DNA of 64,000 nucleotides from assembly GCF_009914755.1 (NCBI RefSeq), contig NC_060932.1. One strand, given 5' to 3'. The notes under the pieces were generated by a model. That model was given only the letters and a program-made list of their open reading frames with translations, searched no databases and had not been told where the DNA came from. Of this stretch, positions 54,831 through 64,000 are shown piece after piece. This DNA comes from the human T2T-CHM13v2.0 reference genome, Homo sapiens. Position 1 is the first letter of the stretch, and every line of letters starts with the position of its first letter. The translations under genes were made by a program, and so were the position numbers.

Positions 54831-57220
54831 CCTGAGTCTGAATCACTGAAATTCAGGTGTGGATTATTCAGTACTTTCTTTTGGAAGATCAAATGGAAAT
54901 TGAGTACGATATCTTGTGCTTTAATTAAAGAAGATGGAAATAAAGAAGCAAATTCAAAAATCAGTATACAAAAGTCGATTGATTCCCTCTATGTGGAGGG
55001 AAGACGAGCTTGAATAAGAGAAGCATTCTGTGTTATGCTTTAATAATCGCTGGAGATCTGCCACCATGCATTTGTCAAATCCCATAGAATTTCACAGCAC
55101 AAATAGTACATCTTAATGTGGCTCAGGAGTACATATAATGTCAGCCACAGTTTGTGGGTAAATTACATATTTAATTAAATAGATTAAACAATAAATAATG
55201 ATATGAGCTCTGCCTGGACACAGTCCTTGCCTCTCCAACCAGTTTGCCAAGGGCTTGAATTTCTTGCTCATTATCCTCACACTTGACATAAACCCTGGCT
55301 GCAGAGTAAAATCAATCACTCGTGGAGATTTTTTAATATGATGATGTGTCAATTTCAACCATGGATAAGGCCATTTAGCCTTAGTAAGGCCGATCGTATT
55401 AAGATTCTGCCTGTTTGACAAAATTTCAAGTCATCCCACTTGATATTCAGGAAACATTTTCTCTTGAGTTTTAGGTTCAGTGGTGAGGCTCCTTCACGGA
55501 CAATACATTTTCCAATTCTGAGGACAAGGCAGAGGAGGGCCCCTCTGTGAGAACTTTCATTTTGCTTCGGGAAAAGTACATTGAATCAAATATAGAAAAG
55601 GCTTGCAAGGTGGCTGACAGGTTCGGCTGTTTTATCATGCTGGTGTTTTATCTTCTGGACTGCAGTAAAAGGAGCACAGCTGTGTCTGTCTCTGTGTAAT
55701 AACTCAGGACTCACCTGAATAAAATGTGGGGTGTCATGAGATGAACTGCTACTTCCAGTTAGAGAGGCTCCAGGGACAAAATTTCAAGAGCCTTCTGAGG
55801 GATAGAAGAGAAGAGCTGCCTTATTCTCTGATCCCAGGTAACTGCTCAGAGACAGAGGCAAGAGCTGGGGACACCCAAATGCATATACTAGGGGTCTTTG
55901 ATACAGCCTCCATTTCCCTGCTAAATCTATGCAATGACAAACTGAGAAATCTAGCAAGTGGGGCTGAAGATCCCTGGTGTGTCAACTCGAGGGTTGGATG
56001 GAAACAAGTGGTTTTGGTGGACGTTGAAGTAAAGGGAGGTGAGCTGTGAGGAAAGAGCTGTTGAAGACTGGGGAGACTCAGAAGTTGGGGTAGAATCTCC
56101 ACCAAGAATCTCACCCAAGGAGTTCAGATGCAAATCAGTTTGTTAGGGCTGCATAAATGAAACAAGGGCTTCACCAACATACTAAGTTTTTTCAACAACA
56201 GATTGTATTCTTTCAATATTTGTAAGTATTGCTCTTTTGGAAAAGTTTAATGAGATTTCTTATATAATTCTGCATTCAATTTATTCCTTGGTCACTTTGC
56301 TATTATGCATTTACATGCCACATTTTTATGAATAGATATTTTCTCAAATTTCTGAATTATTTTGCTAAAGTATGTGTTAAGAGTTTTTTCTAGAGGTCCA
56401 CCTTCTTGACTCACTTTTCTGATGAGAAATCTATCAGGTTTCTCCACAGTGATTTTCAAGTTTGATAGCTCCTCAACGTGAGAAACTTAATGTCAACTAA
56501 GAAATGAATTACCACTAAAGAATTTTCTTCTTTCAAGATGCTAACCCTGTTTTGTCCAGTGTGAAATCTCACATGTGCCACATGTGTTGCTCTATGAAGA
56601 AAGGATTTCTCATGATTTTTCATTGCATAACTTCTCCAGTAAGAAGTATTTGGTATTCCAAGAGAATTCATTGCCCTTGGAAAGACTTTCCCTTGTTATT
56701 TAGCTTATGAAGGCTTTCCTCTCTTATTTTCCATTTTAGCAGCATTTTGTCACTCTTCTCTTGTGAACATCAAGCCTGGTGCTTGGCTGAATGTTCATTC
56801 ACAGAAAAATACAAATAAAGGGTTCATCCAAGTAAAGTTTTCTCATGTTATTTGACAATAAATTGCAAATAAAAACATTTTCACACTGAATGCAGAGTTA
56901 GAGATTCTCTACCTGAAAGTCCCACATGTTTTAAGTTAAAGCTGTTGCTGAAGACTTTTAGTTGATTATGCTGACAGTTTCAGCTCTCTCATGTCATTTA
57001 TGCTCAGATCACTAACAAGTCTTTGGTACATACATGTCATACAATTTCTCTTCCATATGAATTTATTGATGTGGGCTGAAGAATAAAGGCAACTGAAGTA
57101 TCTTCCATGTTGATTACAGTATTTCTTCAAAATGTGAGTCCTTTGGCATGTTTAGATGCTACAACTACAGCTGAAGTCTCTTCCACATTCCTTACCTTCG
57201 TCATTCCTAACACTGTGTCA

Positions 57221-62336
<5,116 letters not shown>

Positions 62337-62928
62337 TGTCAGGAACTCAGTTTCTCTCTGTCTTCCTCTGGATTTCCACTTGCAGACACTTTAGGCACTA
62401 AGAAAAGCTGAGGTTGGAGAAAGAACATGTGAGACACCAGTCTTGTGCACAATTTTCAGATCAACCTGTGATGAAAAGCCAGACTTTCACTGAAGTGTGA
62501 CACCAGCTGCACCACAGTCTAACCAACAGACACAAACACGCAGAGGCCTCTCCTCTTTTCCCGTGGTCAAAATTAGGAAGCCTATGACTATGGTTGCTAA
62601 TAAACAAGGAACACAGATATCTTGTGAATGAGAACATCAAAAGCACGGAGTTTTGTATGTTAATTGGCACAAGTCCAGATATTCAATTCCCTCACTGATT
62701 TTAAAACACAGGGATCCCTGACTCCATCCACATGTGGAATATGATTTCCACCTATAGATAAACACTGGGATTTCTCAGATTTTATTATCCTAGCTTTATG
62801 CCCTAGCAACGTTTCTCCAACACCCACCACAGCCTTCTGAAGCCTTACTCCACTTTTATTTTCACTCAACTCTGACTTTTGTATTTCCCCTTGGAACGTG
62901 GAAATAATCAAGTAAGAATCTGTTTTAG

Positions 62929-63220
62929 GGTCGAGTGCGGTGGCTCACGCCTGTAATCCCAGCACTTTGGGAGGCCAAGGCAGGTGGATCACCTGAGGTC
63001 AAGGGTTCGAGACTAGCCTGGCCAACATGGTGAAACCCTATCTTTACTAAAAATACAAAAATTAACTGGGTATGGTGGTGCTTGCCTGTAATCCCAGCTA
63101 CTCAGGAAGCTGAAGCAGGAGAATCTCTTGAACCCAGGAGGCAGAGATTACAGTGAGCTGAGATCCCACCACTGCACTCCAGCGATGGCGACAGAGACTC
63201 TGTCTCAAAAAAAAAAAAAA
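62929..63220 (+). mobile_element. Alu (AluSx/Sq-like)
   Basis: Canonical Alu with TSD aatctgttttag. Confidence 0.96.
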
Positions 63221-64000
63221 TCTGTTTTAGGATGGGGATAATGAATTGAGGGATTTATTTCACTTAGAGGGTCAACACTCCCATCCTGCTAATCTAGCCC
63301 TTAAAATCTCCTGCATCGGAAATTAGCAGGAGTACCCTGAGTCATGGTGTTTCTGTCCTGTGTATACAGTCACAATCGTCTAGGATGCTCAGAAAATACA
63401 AAATGACATAGGGGTGGGAGAAATTTAGCAGCTCAATCTGATGTTTCACTAACGTGGTATCTAAAATTCTTGCAATCATGGTTTATATTAGTCTTTGTTA
63501 GCTGCAATATCTGTGATTATCATGATACATATTTGCTGAGAAATACCCATGTCCATGTATATATTCGTACATAGATATGTAGGTATATAGGTGCATATGT
63601 TTATATGAGTGTATGTGTTTGAGACGGGGGAAACATGCATGTATTATTTCCTTGCTAAAAATATAAAAATAATTAAATATATTTTATGTGCAAGTGATAA
63701 TTATGTGTCATAAACAAAAAATTTACTGACCCATTTGTACATGAAGTCCAGGAAAAATAAAAAGGGTAACTTTGTATTAATTGTGACATTGTGCTTACAG
63801 ATGTACATATATTTCCTTATTTAACCCTCATAATAATCCTGCTGATTATAATTTATTTACCAATTTAATAAATGATCAACAGGGTTTGAATAATATGACA
63901 AAATTACAAAATTAGAAAATGGCCCAGCAATACTTTTAATTATATTCTGCCTGTCACTGTCTCTTCTTGCTTTTTGACAAAATTACTCCCCTAACCAAGG

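Noticed and set aside
54216-55013. 265-aa Pro/Ala-rich ORF and the overlapping 148-aa antisense ORF
   Set aside because: GTG start and no recognisable domain; stop scarcity is expected in a CpG island

Overview
Primate (almost certainly human) genomic DNA from the 8p23.1 segmental-duplication (beta-defensin/OR7E-associated) region. Gene order matches the proximal duplicon read in reverse relative to the reference; this placement comes from recalled annotation, not from a search. Left to right: probable 5' end of a FAM90A-family copy (minus); an orphan DEFB108-like exon-1 relic; a two-exon DEFB109 copy disabled by a TAA at codon 14, with a 133-bp-arm inverted repeat just inside its intron; an RS447 megasatellite mini-array (~4.7 kb period) holding intact USP17L2/DUB3, catalytically dead but full-length USP17L7 (C89F) and a frameshifted, truncated third copy, bordered by degenerate edge units, one of which keeps the promoter and polyA signals but lacks the gene; an HSMAR2 mariner fossil; a CpG island with an NRF1 palindrome (probable FAM66D lncRNA promoter, antisense to the array); and the five coding exons of KRAB zinc-finger gene ZNF705D (minus, 300 aa), whose stop codon cuts a longer finger array. 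The rest is Alu, L1, L2, LTR and microsatellite sequence. No prokaryotic-type system, CRISPR, tRNA or rRNA is evident. The least-explained structures are the intronic hairpin, the gene-less RS447 unit, a 30-bp templated insertion inside an Alu, and an old dispersed module present in both orientations.
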